A stretch of DNA of 32,000 bases from Candidatus Helarchaeota ASGARD archaeon Hel_GB_B (GTDB lineage Archaea > Asgardarchaeota > Lokiarchaeia > Helarchaeales > HEL-GB-B), in contig SUPR01000035.1 in NCBI GenBank assembly GCA_005191425.1, positions 1-32,000 of the forward strand, written 5' to 3'. The position numbers and the translations under genes were made by a program. Position 1 is the first letter of the stretch. Each line of letters begins with the position of its first letter. Below, piece after piece: positions 9,497 through 18,652 of this stretch. The notes beneath the pieces are model-generated. The model was not told where the DNA came from. It was given only the letters and a program-made list of their open reading frames with translations, and ran no database searches.

Positions 9497-10120
9497 ATGG
9501 AAGAACAAATCGCGGTCAAAGGAAATAATAAATCTAAAAAGTCTTCAAAGAAAAACAAAAATAATAAAAATAATTTAGAAATTGAAAAAAATAGAAAATA
9601 TTGGATTTATAGAGGACTTGGTATTGGTGGTGGTGTTCTTGCATTAATAACTTTATTTTTACCTTGGTATCAAGTAATAGGGAGTGTACTTTTAACGATA
9701 ACTCCTATATATATATATTATAATGGATATTATATGTATTTTTGGGATTATTATGTGGCAATTAACATAGATTATGGTTTTCTGGTCATAATAATCGCAA
9801 TGGATATTTGTTTAGCATTAATAATATTATCTACTATATACAGCCTAATTAAACTTTCACGAGCCCCAAGCTCTATGATAATGACCACAATTATTTTATC
9901 ATTTCTCTTTTTTTCAATTCCAGTTGCAGTCATGTCTATTCTATCTAATTCATTTCCGTTTTTTGGGTTTGATGGGGTCAATTTATGGGGGTTTACAATT
10001 GGTTGGTTTTTATTAATTCCCGCAATGATTTTAAGTATGTTCTTTAGAAAACTCGTGATAAATAAAAAAGAAAAAATACAAAAAGAGTGGAAAGAAAAAG
10101 TAAAAGAAATGCAAGATTAA
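9497..10120 (+). CDS. Uncharacterised 4-TM membrane protein (FLPW motif)
   Basis: Four hydrophobic segments with Lys-rich N- and C-termini. TM1 ends in LFLPWY. Confidence 0.75.
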   Translation: MEEQIAVKGNNKSKKSSKKNKNNKNNLEIEKNRKYWIYRGLGIGGGVLALITLFLPWYQVIGSVLLTITPIYIYYNGYYMYFWDYYVAINIDYGFLVIIIAMDICLALIILSTIYSLIKLSRAPSSMIMTTIILSFLFFSIPVAVMSILSNSFPFFGFDGVNLWGFTIGWFLLIPAMILSMFFRKLVINKKEKIQKEWKEKVKEMQD

Positions 10121-10129
10121 AAAGATAGT

Positions 10130-11071
10130 TTATCCCGTTAAATCAAACATTTTATCTATTCCTATTTTTGCTTTTTTAGAAATTTCCGGGTCAATAATGA
10201 CTCTATTCCTTTTTGGTTTTTTAAGCAAAATTTCGTAAATATTTTGCAGTGTATTACTTTTCATTGCCTTACATATTGCTGAATCGAGTAATGGGTAAAA
10301 CTTTTTATCGGGGCCAAAATCTCTATTTAATCTATCAGCAAGTCCTTTTTCTGTAGCAATTATAAATTCTTTATTTAGCGAGGTCTTGCAATAATCGTAC
10401 ATAATTTTTGTTGAGCCGACAATATCAGCTTTTTCAAGGACATCCGGTTTGCATTCGGGATGTGCTAATACTATGGCATTTGGATGGGCTGATTTTGCTT
10501 TTTCAATGTCTTTAACAGAGAATTTGTTATGGACATAACAATATCCATTTTTAGGAACACTAATAATATATATATTTGTTTCTTTTTTTACCCATAATCC
10601 AAGATTTTTATCTGGACCAAATAAAATCCTGTTATTGTTTAATTTTTTACAGATATTTATTGCATTTGAAGAGGTACACATCACATCAGCTTTAGTTTTA
10701 GCCTCAGCAGTTGTATTTACATAAAGGACAACAGGAACATCTGGGTATTTGCGCTTATATTCATCTATGATATTTGATGGACACATTCTTGCCATTGGAC
10801 AGAATGTTTCCAACCCACTGATATACACTTCCTTTTTCGGGTTCAAGATCACTGCAGTTTCAGCCATAAAATAAGCAGCAGCCTCAATAATATAATCAAA
10901 ATTATCCGCTTTTTCTTTTGCAACTTTTGCTAAATATAAGCTATCTCCTATAGCATCTGCTATATCTTGGATATCTACATCTACATAAAAATGCGCGAGG
11001 ATCATTGCGTTCTCTTTTTCTTTTAATTCCAAAATTTTCTCTTGAAGTTCCTTATTTTTTTCAGACAGCAT
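10130..11071 (-). CDS. nadA: Quinolinate synthase A
   Basis: ILAHFY, IGDSLYL, FMAETA, YVNTTAEAK, CTSSNA and LAHPEC motifs. Three Fe-S cysteines: FCPMA, GYCYVH, AICKAM. Confidence 0.95.
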   Translation of the reverse strand: MLSEKNKELQEKILELKEKENAMILAHFYVDVDIQDIADAIGDSLYLAKVAKEKADNFDYIIEAAAYFMAETAVILNPKKEVYISGLETFCPMARMCPSNIIDEYKRKYPDVPVVLYVNTTAEAKTKADVMCTSSNAINICKKLNNNRILFGPDKNLGLWVKKETNIYIISVPKNGYCYVHNKFSVKDIEKAKSAHPNAIVLAHPECKPDVLEKADIVGSTKIMYDYCKTSLNKEFIIATEKGLADRLNRDFGPDKKFYPLLDSAICKAMKSNTLQNIYEILLKKPKRNRVIIDPEISKKAKIGIDKMFDLTG

Positions 11072-11199
11072 TAAAAAATTAACCTTCTTTCAATAAATTT
11101 TTTGAATAAATTTTACATTTTCCTATTATAAAAAATAGGTAATGCATAAATAATAACTAAAAAAATTATTAAAATGGAATTTAAATCAAATTTTATTCA

Positions 11200-12303
11200 T
11201 TAAATGAACCTTAACATTTCATTCTGGCTTTTAATCATTAATTCCGTATTCAAACCTGATGGCAGTTCGAGTCTTGTATTTAAAAGTCCAAAATGCTCTA
11301 AAACAATTTTTGCAGCAGCTGCAATATCTTCTAAATTAAGCGAAACATTCGAATAGCCACGTTTTTTTTCTCTCTCTTGTTTCATCTTTTTTAATACATC
11401 TGCCATTTTGTCCACAATTTCAAAATCAAGTTGATTTCTTTTTGCAAAATAAACAATGTTTTTAATATCTTCATTTGTAAAATTTGGGACGGTGGTCGAA
11501 AGATAATTAATTAAATTATTATCGTCAATTTCACATTCCACAGCCTGCCATTTATTGATTGCGGAAGTCCTTTTTAAATAAATAATCTCTATTGGGATGC
11601 CTATCTTTTCTAACAAATTAACAATCAAATCGCTTAATTCTCTTATTTTTAAAATTATATATAAATGAAGTCCATATGGTTTATGCTCTTGCTGCATATA
11701 TAATCCACGGGTCTGTAAACTTGAAATAATATTTACTCTTATTTTTTTGATCTCATAATTTGGTTGATCCAATGAACTTTCTAATAATATCAAATTACCC
11801 TTTTTAGAATCGTAATGTCGCACCGTAAAGCCCTTAATACCCTTTTTCGAGCTATATATAAATTTTTTCAGTCCTCTAATAGTTGGTTTTATATTATATT
11901 CTTCTAAATCTGTCTCATCAATAGTCACATAATCATATTCACGTCCAATACACAACCTAATTGCATCCAATTGGAGTGTGTAAATTGTACCTAATACCTC
12001 TTGAATTGCTTTATTGATCGGAAACACTTCTTTTATTAATATATCTAACCCTGCAGTTATAAGTTCCCATGGAATTATTTCTCCTCCTATATAATTTTTT
12101 TCGGGTGCCTCAGATGCTGTGCATTCTATCTCATAATCTACTAACTCTTTTTTAATGATAAGCGTAGTTGTACCTTTTTTTGTTTCATAAATTACAACAC
12201 TTAAATTTTTGTTGATAACTGCCCTAAATTCTGTTGCAAAACTATTTTTGTTTTCATTTCGGTCAAAAAAATTATTCACTCTTTCTTTCTTATGACTATA
12301 CAA
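11200..12303 (-). CDS. Hypothetical soluble protein; C-terminus resembles a ChlI/MoxR-type AAA lid, but there is no P-loop
   Basis: 367-aa ORF with no TM segment. The C-terminal RGYSNVSLNLEDIAAAAKIVLEH resembles the GRxxVxxEDIxxxAxxVLxH pattern. Confidence 0.75.
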   Translation of the reverse strand: MYSHKKERVNNFFDRNENKNSFATEFRAVINKNLSVVIYETKKGTTTLIIKKELVDYEIECTASEAPEKNYIGGEIIPWELITAGLDILIKEVFPINKAIQEVLGTIYTLQLDAIRLCIGREYDYVTIDETDLEEYNIKPTIRGLKKFIYSSKKGIKGFTVRHYDSKKGNLILLESSLDQPNYEIKKIRVNIISSLQTRGLYMQQEHKPYGLHLYIILKIRELSDLIVNLLEKIGIPIEIIYLKRTSAINKWQAVECEIDDNNLINYLSTTVPNFTNEDIKNIVYFAKRNQLDFEIVDKMADVLKKMKQEREKKRGYSNVSLNLEDIAAAAKIVLEHFGLLNTRLELPSGLNTELMIKSQNEMLRFI

Positions 12304-12492
12304 ATTTAAGATCGCATCCTATTATTGTGATAATTCTTCTTTATTATTGATTTATTTTATTGTTTCCATTGTTTATTAAGTTTAAGGAGATTATAAATCG
12401 AATTTTTATGGCATTATTTATTTGAATTTTTAAATTCCAATTAATATCTTTTTGCAAATTATTTATTAGTACATCTAAAAAAAATCTAACAT

Positions 12493-13000
12493 TTAAATAG
12501 CATATTTCTTGAGATAAAAACCGCATATTAAAAGAATTATTCCACCAATGAAATTTAAAATTATACTTGTGCCATTTAAATAAATTATTATACTATAAGC
12601 CCATAATTCTTGTGCCATAACAAATAATTCGATTATTAAGTATATTAATGCACAAAATGAAAATGTACTTAGCCAAAAAAGTATTTCATGGTGCCTGTTT
12701 TCTTCTATTCAGTCAAATTTTTCAAAAAATCGTAAATAACCCATTATAACACCAATTAATCTATAAATTAATGGTAGAATTAACGGGATATTGTAAATAT
12801 TAAATCCATATGTATCTAACCAGTTGTCCCATTGAATGACACCCATTCCGTAAGTCCCAAAAATCAGGTTTATTGCATTTAAATCAATTTCATAATTACT
12901 ATATGCATCTATATATTTCACCCAAGGTAAAAAAAAATGAAATGACCAATAATAATAACCCGAAGATAATAGACACACTTATCTCTTCATTTTTATTCAT
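12493..13000 (-). pseudogene. Disrupted membrane-protein gene (FLPW-type, like 9497..10120); ~168 aa when repaired
   Basis: ATG at 13000 gives MNKNEEISVSIIFGLLLLVISFF. One extra base in the A9 run (12929-12937) shifts out of the LPWVKY frame. An in-frame TGA at 12709-12711 is followed by IEENRHHEILFWLSTFSFCALIYLII...FYLKKYAI to TAA at 12493. Confidence 0.65.
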
Positions 13001-13343
13001 TTAGATTTCCTCTTATTAAATTAATTTAAAATTTCATGTTTTTAAATGAAGTATTTTTAATAAAACATTGTATTTATAACTATAATTTTGTTGCTAAGAT
13101 AATTTTTTTGGATTTCACTTGTCGTTAAAATGGTAAAATATCATATCATTTTTTCATAACCTGTTATATGACGCATTTCTTTAGTCTAAGTTTCTATTTG
13201 ATTTATATTAAATGTAGCATATTAAATCGATATATATGATAAAAATTACTCTTAAATTACTAATTATTAAAAAGATAAATTATTTATTTAAAGGACTTTA
13301 TTCATCTTAATTTTATATTAAATTAATTGGATATGTTTAATAT

Positions 13344-14039
13344 ATGTCGATATTAGAAATTACCATGGAAAATGAATGTATCAATAGGTTATTATCTGGA
13401 GGATTTAAATCAAAAAATTTATATCATATTTTTGGTGCTGAAGGGTCTGGAAAAACTACTTTTGGTCTGTATTTAGCATATTTAGTAGCAAAAAAAGGGT
13501 TTAAGATATTTTATTTAAGTTCTACTAGAAATTTCAATTTGATTAGATTAAAACAAATTGCAGGTGATTCATTCCTTGACATTTCTCAATTAATTTTTGT
13601 CCAAAATCCTAAAAACTTTTTAGAGCAGGATAAGATTGTCAACAAACTGGAAAATTTTATTACTGAAAAGTTTAAGTTAATCGTTATAGATGACATAGTT
13701 TCTCTTATGAAGGAAAAAAGTAAAATAGACTCTAAACGACTCTTAAAAAGCAGGATGTTATCAAGGCAATTGGCATTACTTAAAAATATTTCTAGAAATT
13801 ATGATATTATTTCTGTTATTTTAAATCAAAGCTCAATTAATAAAGATGAAGATAGTGGAGAATTAAAAAATGTACCATTCTATAAAGCTGTTGTCACTTT
13901 TTATTCTGATTTTGATTTAGAAATTATACAATCACAAGAAAATTCACTTTCAAATAGAAAATTAAAAAGAATTAAACCTGAAAATCAAGATATTTCTAAT
14001 ATATGTAAATTTCAGCTAGATAATAAAGGAATTATATAA
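13344..14039 (+). CDS. radB: RadB-like RecA-family ATPase
   Basis: INRLLSGG, Walker A GAEGSGKTT, Walker B LIVIDDI and VILNQ motifs. It lacks the RadA N-terminal domain. Confidence 0.8.
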   Translation: MSILEITMENECINRLLSGGFKSKNLYHIFGAEGSGKTTFGLYLAYLVAKKGFKIFYLSSTRNFNLIRLKQIAGDSFLDISQLIFVQNPKNFLEQDKIVNKLENFITEKFKLIVIDDIVSLMKEKSKIDSKRLLKSRMLSRQLALLKNISRNYDIISVILNQSSINKDEDSGELKNVPFYKAVVTFYSDFDLEIIQSQENSLSNRKLKRIKPENQDISNICKFQLDNKGII

Positions 14040-14060
14040 ATTAAAAATTTGTTTATATAT

Positions 14061-14846
14061 TTACCATGGTTCTTTCTTCAATTTTAACTTATAAGCTATT
14101 AAATTACTCAATAAATGGATCAATGGTGTAAAAATTAACATAAAAACCACATAAATCCATGCATTTTTTATAGGGTGTAAAAGATAAGCAAAAAGCATAG
14201 CAAAAGATATAAAATCGAGCTGGTCAATAATTGGTAATGGAGCACCTCTTTCGTATTTAAATCGTCTTTTTAAACCTGAACCTACCATATCACCAAAAAA
14301 TGCTCCAAAGGCTGTGAAAAAGCTGACTAACATTGCAATTCCTGGCATTATTTTAAAGAATTGTGCAATTTCTGACTCGTTTGTAAATAGCGTAATAACG
14401 TGCCCGTTCACCGGATTTAACTGATAATTTTCAAATCCCAAGGTTATCATTACATTATTAATAACAAAATAATTTAGGATCCAAATAATTATTCCTATAA
14501 TAAATCCAAATAAGACGCCACCGATCATACCTTGCCATGTTTTGCCATCGCCTAAAATTCTGCTACCTTTAAAGTACCTTTTTCCATCTATTGGTGTACC
14601 GTTTTTACCAAAAATTACCATTGTAGCATTAGTCGCAAGCGCTGGTACCATCCATAATAGTGATACCACTAAAATAACAATAAAATCAAAAAAATTCCAC
14701 CCTAAAGATGGATTTATTAAGTTTACAATTACTGGGATTATAATAAATCCTCCGAATAAGCTGAGAAATATAATACTGAACTTGACCATTAAATTAATGT
14801 CTCTTTTTTCCAATTTTGGTGTTTCATCATCAAATTTTTTAGTCAT
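14061..14846 (-). CDS. carS: CDP-archaeol synthase
   Basis: ATNAT, PIDGK, ILGDGKTWQG, GDMVGSGLKRR and PIIDQLDF motifs in a multi-TM protein. Confidence 0.92.
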   Translation of the reverse strand: MTKKFDDETPKLEKRDINLMVKFSIIFLSLFGGFIIIPVIVNLINPSLGWNFFDFIVILVVSLLWMVPALATNATMVIFGKNGTPIDGKRYFKGSRILGDGKTWQGMIGGVLFGFIIGIIIWILNYFVINNVMITLGFENYQLNPVNGHVITLFTNESEIAQFFKIMPGIAMLVSFFTAFGAFFGDMVGSGLKRRFKYERGAPLPIIDQLDFISFAMLFAYLLHPIKNAWIYVVFMLIFTPLIHLLSNLIAYKLKLKKEPW

Positions 14847-14902
14847 CGGTCATCATAATACGAAATAATATTTAACATTTTTCATAGATAACAATTAGAT
14901 CT

Positions 14903-15478
14903 TTAAATTATGGAACTAAGAATCGCCGTGTACAAGTCTTCATCATACATTCTAATCCCTTTTAGATACATTGCGGTCTCTAGCAAGAAAAATGCAATTA
15001 TTATAACAACAATTCCCAGACCTAAATACACATAACAAGAAGATGGCTTATAAAAGTTTTTTGTAGATAAATAAATTAATGAAAAACCACCTAATGCTAT
15101 AAAAATAAATGATGATGCAAGAATTCCTTCAATAATAAATTGGTCGTTTAATGACCTTAAGAAAATTATCGGTTCAGGTGGATTTCCTTGTCCATAACCC
15201 ATGGGAATTTCTCGATATGCTCCTATTATGAAGTACATCCCACCGCTAAAAAAATAGAAGAATAGTATAAAAACAAAAACCATTACTAAATACCTTGAAG
15301 TCAAAAAGCTGGGTATTTTTACTCCTACAAAAGGGTTATTTAACCTTATATTTGGCTTTCTAATAATTTTCTGAGGCCATGGTAGGTGGGCATTCCAAAA
15401 TGATTTTGATAAAAGTGTTTGAGTTATACTTGTTGCGGATTTCTTGGAAATTTTTTTCGTTTGCTTTTTCTTTGTCAT
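14903..15478 (-). CDS. OSTC/DC2-like oligosaccharyltransferase accessory subunit (OST3/OST6 family TM region, no thioredoxin domain)
   Basis: Three TMs. KPNIRL...KIPS, FFSGGMY and SLNDQFIIEGILASSFIFIALGGF parallel recalled human DC2 motifs (PNLKL..MPS, LITGGIIY, VNGQYIMEGLASSFLF). Confidence 0.85.
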   Translation of the reverse strand: MTKKKQTKKISKKSATSITQTLLSKSFWNAHLPWPQKIIRKPNIRLNNPFVGVKIPSFLTSRYLVMVFVFILFFYFFSGGMYFIIGAYREIPMGYGQGNPPEPIIFLRSLNDQFIIEGILASSFIFIALGGFSLIYLSTKNFYKPSSCYVYLGLGIVVIIIAFFLLETAMYLKGIRMYDEDLYTAILSSII

Positions 15479-15672
15479 AAAAATACCCTTAAAATCAAAA
15501 AAAAATTTCGTTAATTTCTTGATTGATAAATTTGTTTTTTGTTTTTAATAAAAATATGGTGCATTTAATTTAAAGATTTAATTTTATTTTATAAAATCTT
15601 TTCTCCTATACGACCAAATAGCAAATCTATAGACTTTAAAATTAAATAAAAAGATATTTTAGTCTTAAATTG

Positions 15673-16265
15673 TTAATAATTTAGCGGAGACAATTTATTG
15701 GCAATAATTACAGCAACGACACTTATTACTGTACAATAAACTATCATTATTAGACTGAAAAATATTGTCAATAAAATAACGATACCAATAAGCGCAATTC
15801 CTACTGGACCAGTAAAAAGCAATCCTGCATTACCCACTAGTACTATTTCCATTATAATCGTAAATATTAAGCTAAAAAACACTGTCAATAGTCCTTGATA
15901 CATTGCTTTTTGAGGACGCCTCAAAATAAATCCAATCATAAACCCAATTATCGTCCAAGTAAGTATTGACGCAATTAATACTCCTGAAACAAGGTTCAAG
16001 AATGTTGCTGGATCTATATTTATAATCCAAATTAGAAAACCCGGCCTTGGAGTGATATATAATGAAATAGTCGTTAAAAAAACAACAATTGGATTTGCAT
16101 AATTCGCGATATCTGGGGTAAAAATAATGTATTTATCATTTGAAATGTTGAAGTTGGCTCAATGACTATAATTATGATAAAACCTATCAATAAACTTATA
16201 CCTACACCACCTAAGGCAATTAATATCGAATTCATAAATTTTCTTTCATTAAATTATTCACTCAT
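15673..16265 (-). pseudogene. Frameshifted multi-TM membrane-protein gene
   Basis: ATG at 16265 (after AAGGA) reads M-S-E-TAA-FNERKFMNSILIALGGVGISLLIGFIIIIVIEP. A frameshift between about 16160 and 16076 joins this to the open frame that contains the annotated 15673..15999 ORF. Confidence 0.6.
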
Positions 16266-16692
16266 TCCTTTCACGCTCACCAATTTTTAATTTTCAAAAT
16301 TAATTCAGTTTTAATATTATATTAGTCATTGAAGTTAAAAATGTAATTAATATATTCTGTTTTATCAAAAATGAATTTTGTTAATTTTTTACATATTTCT
16401 GTTTATACAAATGTTTCCAATGTTTTATTTGACAAAAAACCATTAGGTAAAACAAGTCCATTTACAAAATTTTTATTTAATAAAATAATTCACATTAATT
16501 TTTATGAAATAAACCTAATAAATTCTAATTTCATAAGAATTTTTTCTTATTTTTCCTTGTTATGAACATATTTTTTCAAAAAATTAATAATTTTGTTTAA
16601 TTTATTTGAAAAAAAGTTTTATATTGAAATGATCGTGTAATATAGCGTGATCAGATCAAAATGAATTTAAAAATATTATGTGGTAATAAAAA

Positions 16693-17403
16693 ATGACAGT
16701 AAATGGCGTTAATTATGAATATGAAATTAAATTTTCACCTTCTTACTCAATATTAAATATATATCTAAAAAAAGATCAAACTATATTGGCAGAAGCAGGC
16801 TCAATGATTTATCACGATGTTTCTATTGGTATAAAAACGAGAAAAGCAAACAAAAGTTTCTGGAAAAGCATTGTAAGAACTTTAGCTGGAGAAAATTTTT
16901 GGATAAACGAATTTACTGCTGAATCAGGGGATGGTATCATCGGCTTAGCACCACCATATCCTGGAGATATAATGCAAATAAAGGTAGAACCGGGTAAAAG
17001 TTGGTTGGTATATTCTGGTGCATTCTTGGCGTGCTCTCCAAGTGTAGATACTTCAACTAAATTCTCTGGTTTTAAAAAAGGTATGTTTGGTGGTGAAAAA
17101 ATGTTTTATCTCCAAATAACTTCTCCAAAAGAAGCTGACTTATTTGTTTCAGCGCTTGGTGGCTTTTTTATTAGAGATTTAAAGGACGGAGAAAAACTTC
17201 GGATTGATAATTCACACATGGTGGCAATAGAAGGTGAAATAAAATGGGATATCAAGCGAGTTGGTGGAATTAAAGCTACTTTGTTCAGTAAAGAAGGCTT
17301 AGTAATCGAATTAGAAGGACCTGGTAAAGTCATTTTTCAGACTCGGTCTCCATCTGAAATTATATCTTGGATATACCGTTATCTTCCAAAATCTGAAGGT
17401 TAA
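16693..17403 (+). CDS. AIM24 / TIGR00266 family protein
   Basis: AEAGSMIY, GENFWINEF, LAPPYPGDI, GGEKMF, IDNSHMVA, EGLVIELEGPGKVIFQTRS. Confidence 0.9.
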   Translation: MTVNGVNYEYEIKFSPSYSILNIYLKKDQTILAEAGSMIYHDVSIGIKTRKANKSFWKSIVRTLAGENFWINEFTAESGDGIIGLAPPYPGDIMQIKVEPGKSWLVYSGAFLACSPSVDTSTKFSGFKKGMFGGEKMFYLQITSPKEADLFVSALGGFFIRDLKDGEKLRIDNSHMVAIEGEIKWDIKRVGGIKATLFSKEGLVIELEGPGKVIFQTRSPSEIISWIYRYLPKSEG

Positions 17404-17476
17404 ACAACTTTAAAACAATTCTAATAAATACATAATAAAAATTTTTATTCTTTTTAATTCCTTCAATATTTAAAAT

Positions 17477-18652
17477 TTAATTAATTACAACATCAAGAGA
17501 GCTTGCTCCATCTGAAATTTCACAAGGATAAATACTTGGACTAATCCCAGTCATTTTTGGATATCTATTCTCTACTCTTTCAATAATATTTTTTTCTTCT
17601 TTTTTATCAATTAACGCAATTACACAACCCCCAAATCCAGCTCCTGTCATCCTACTCCCATATACTCCTTTATGATTAATTAAGATATCAAATAATGCGT
17701 CCAATTCTTTACAACTTACCTGGTAATCTTCTTTTAAACTTACGTGTGATTCCTTCATACAGTTCCCAACAGTTTCAAGATCTCCTTTTTCTAAAGATTC
17801 CTTAGCAGTCAATACCCTCTCATTTTCGTAGACAATATGTTTAACCCTTTTTGCGATGATTTTTGGTAAAAAATGCTTATATTTTTCAAAATTATCCGCT
17901 GAAAGATCCCGTAATGAATTAATTTCTAACCCATTCTCGTTCAAAATGTTAACTGCTTCAGCACATTCAGATTTCCGCTGATTCAATGCCTTTTTTGCTG
18001 ACCTCTTAACATTTGAGTTTATAACAAGTAATTCTATATCTTTTTGTTTTATATTTATGATCTTATAATCTAAAGTCTTACAATCAATAAAGATAGCCGA
18101 ATTTTTCTTCCCGAATAAAGAGGCATATTGATCCATAACTCCTGTTTCAATTCCCAAAAATTCTTTCTCTGCCTTGTAACATAATTTTACAAGGTCTATA
18201 TCCGAAATTTCTACGTTATTTAATGTCTTAAACAAGAGGGCAAGTGCTATCTCATAAGCTCCTGAAGACCCCATACCACTTTCCATTGGAATGGTACCAT
18301 GTATTACTGCCTTCAAGCCATTTACCTTATGACCTTTATTTTTAAATTCTGTTATTATCCCTTTTATATAGTTTATCCAATGTTCATTAATCATACTTGA
18401 ATCTTCTATGTCAAATGTATACGATTTGTTGAAATTAAGTGAACTAAAGGTCGCTTTATTGCCATTGTAATTAAAACCTCCAATTATTATATCCTTATTT
18501 ACTGAGCAAGGTAATACATAACCTAAATTATAGTCTGTATGTCCACCAACTAAGTTTACTCTACCTGGAGCTCTTACGAAACTAACATCTTCAATTGAAA
18601 AACCTTTGAATCGTTTTAAATTATTTATAATATCTTCCAGCCTTTTATTCAT
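17477..18652 (-). CDS. galK: Galactokinase-family GHMP sugar kinase (variant GGHTDY motif)
   Basis: RAPGRVNLVGGHTDY, PMESGMGSSGA, GVMDQ, IDCKTL, SHVSLKEDYQVSCKELD and GSRMTGAGFGG motifs. Confidence 0.85.
   Translation of the reverse strand: MNKRLEDIINNLKRFKGFSIEDVSFVRAPGRVNLVGGHTDYNLGYVLPCSVNKDIIIGGFNYNGNKATFSSLNFNKSYTFDIEDSSMINEHWINYIKGIITEFKNKGHKVNGLKAVIHGTIPMESGMGSSGAYEIALALLFKTLNNVEISDIDLVKLCYKAEKEFLGIETGVMDQYASLFGKKNSAIFIDCKTLDYKIINIKQKDIELLVINSNVKRSAKKALNQRKSECAEAVNILNENGLEINSLRDLSADNFEKYKHFLPKIIAKRVKHIVYENERVLTAKESLEKGDLETVGNCMKESHVSLKEDYQVSCKELDALFDILINHKGVYGSRMTGAGFGGCVIALIDKKEEKNIIERVENRYPKMTGISPSIYPCEISDGASSLDVVIN

Noticed and set aside
12344-12526. 60-aa ORF on the minus strand
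   Set aside because: Low-complexity AT-rich translation that overlaps the end of the reconstructed pseudogene in another frame.
16371-16565. 64-aa ORF on the plus strand
   Set aside because: F/N/I/K-rich translation of AT-rich intergenic DNA; no motif.
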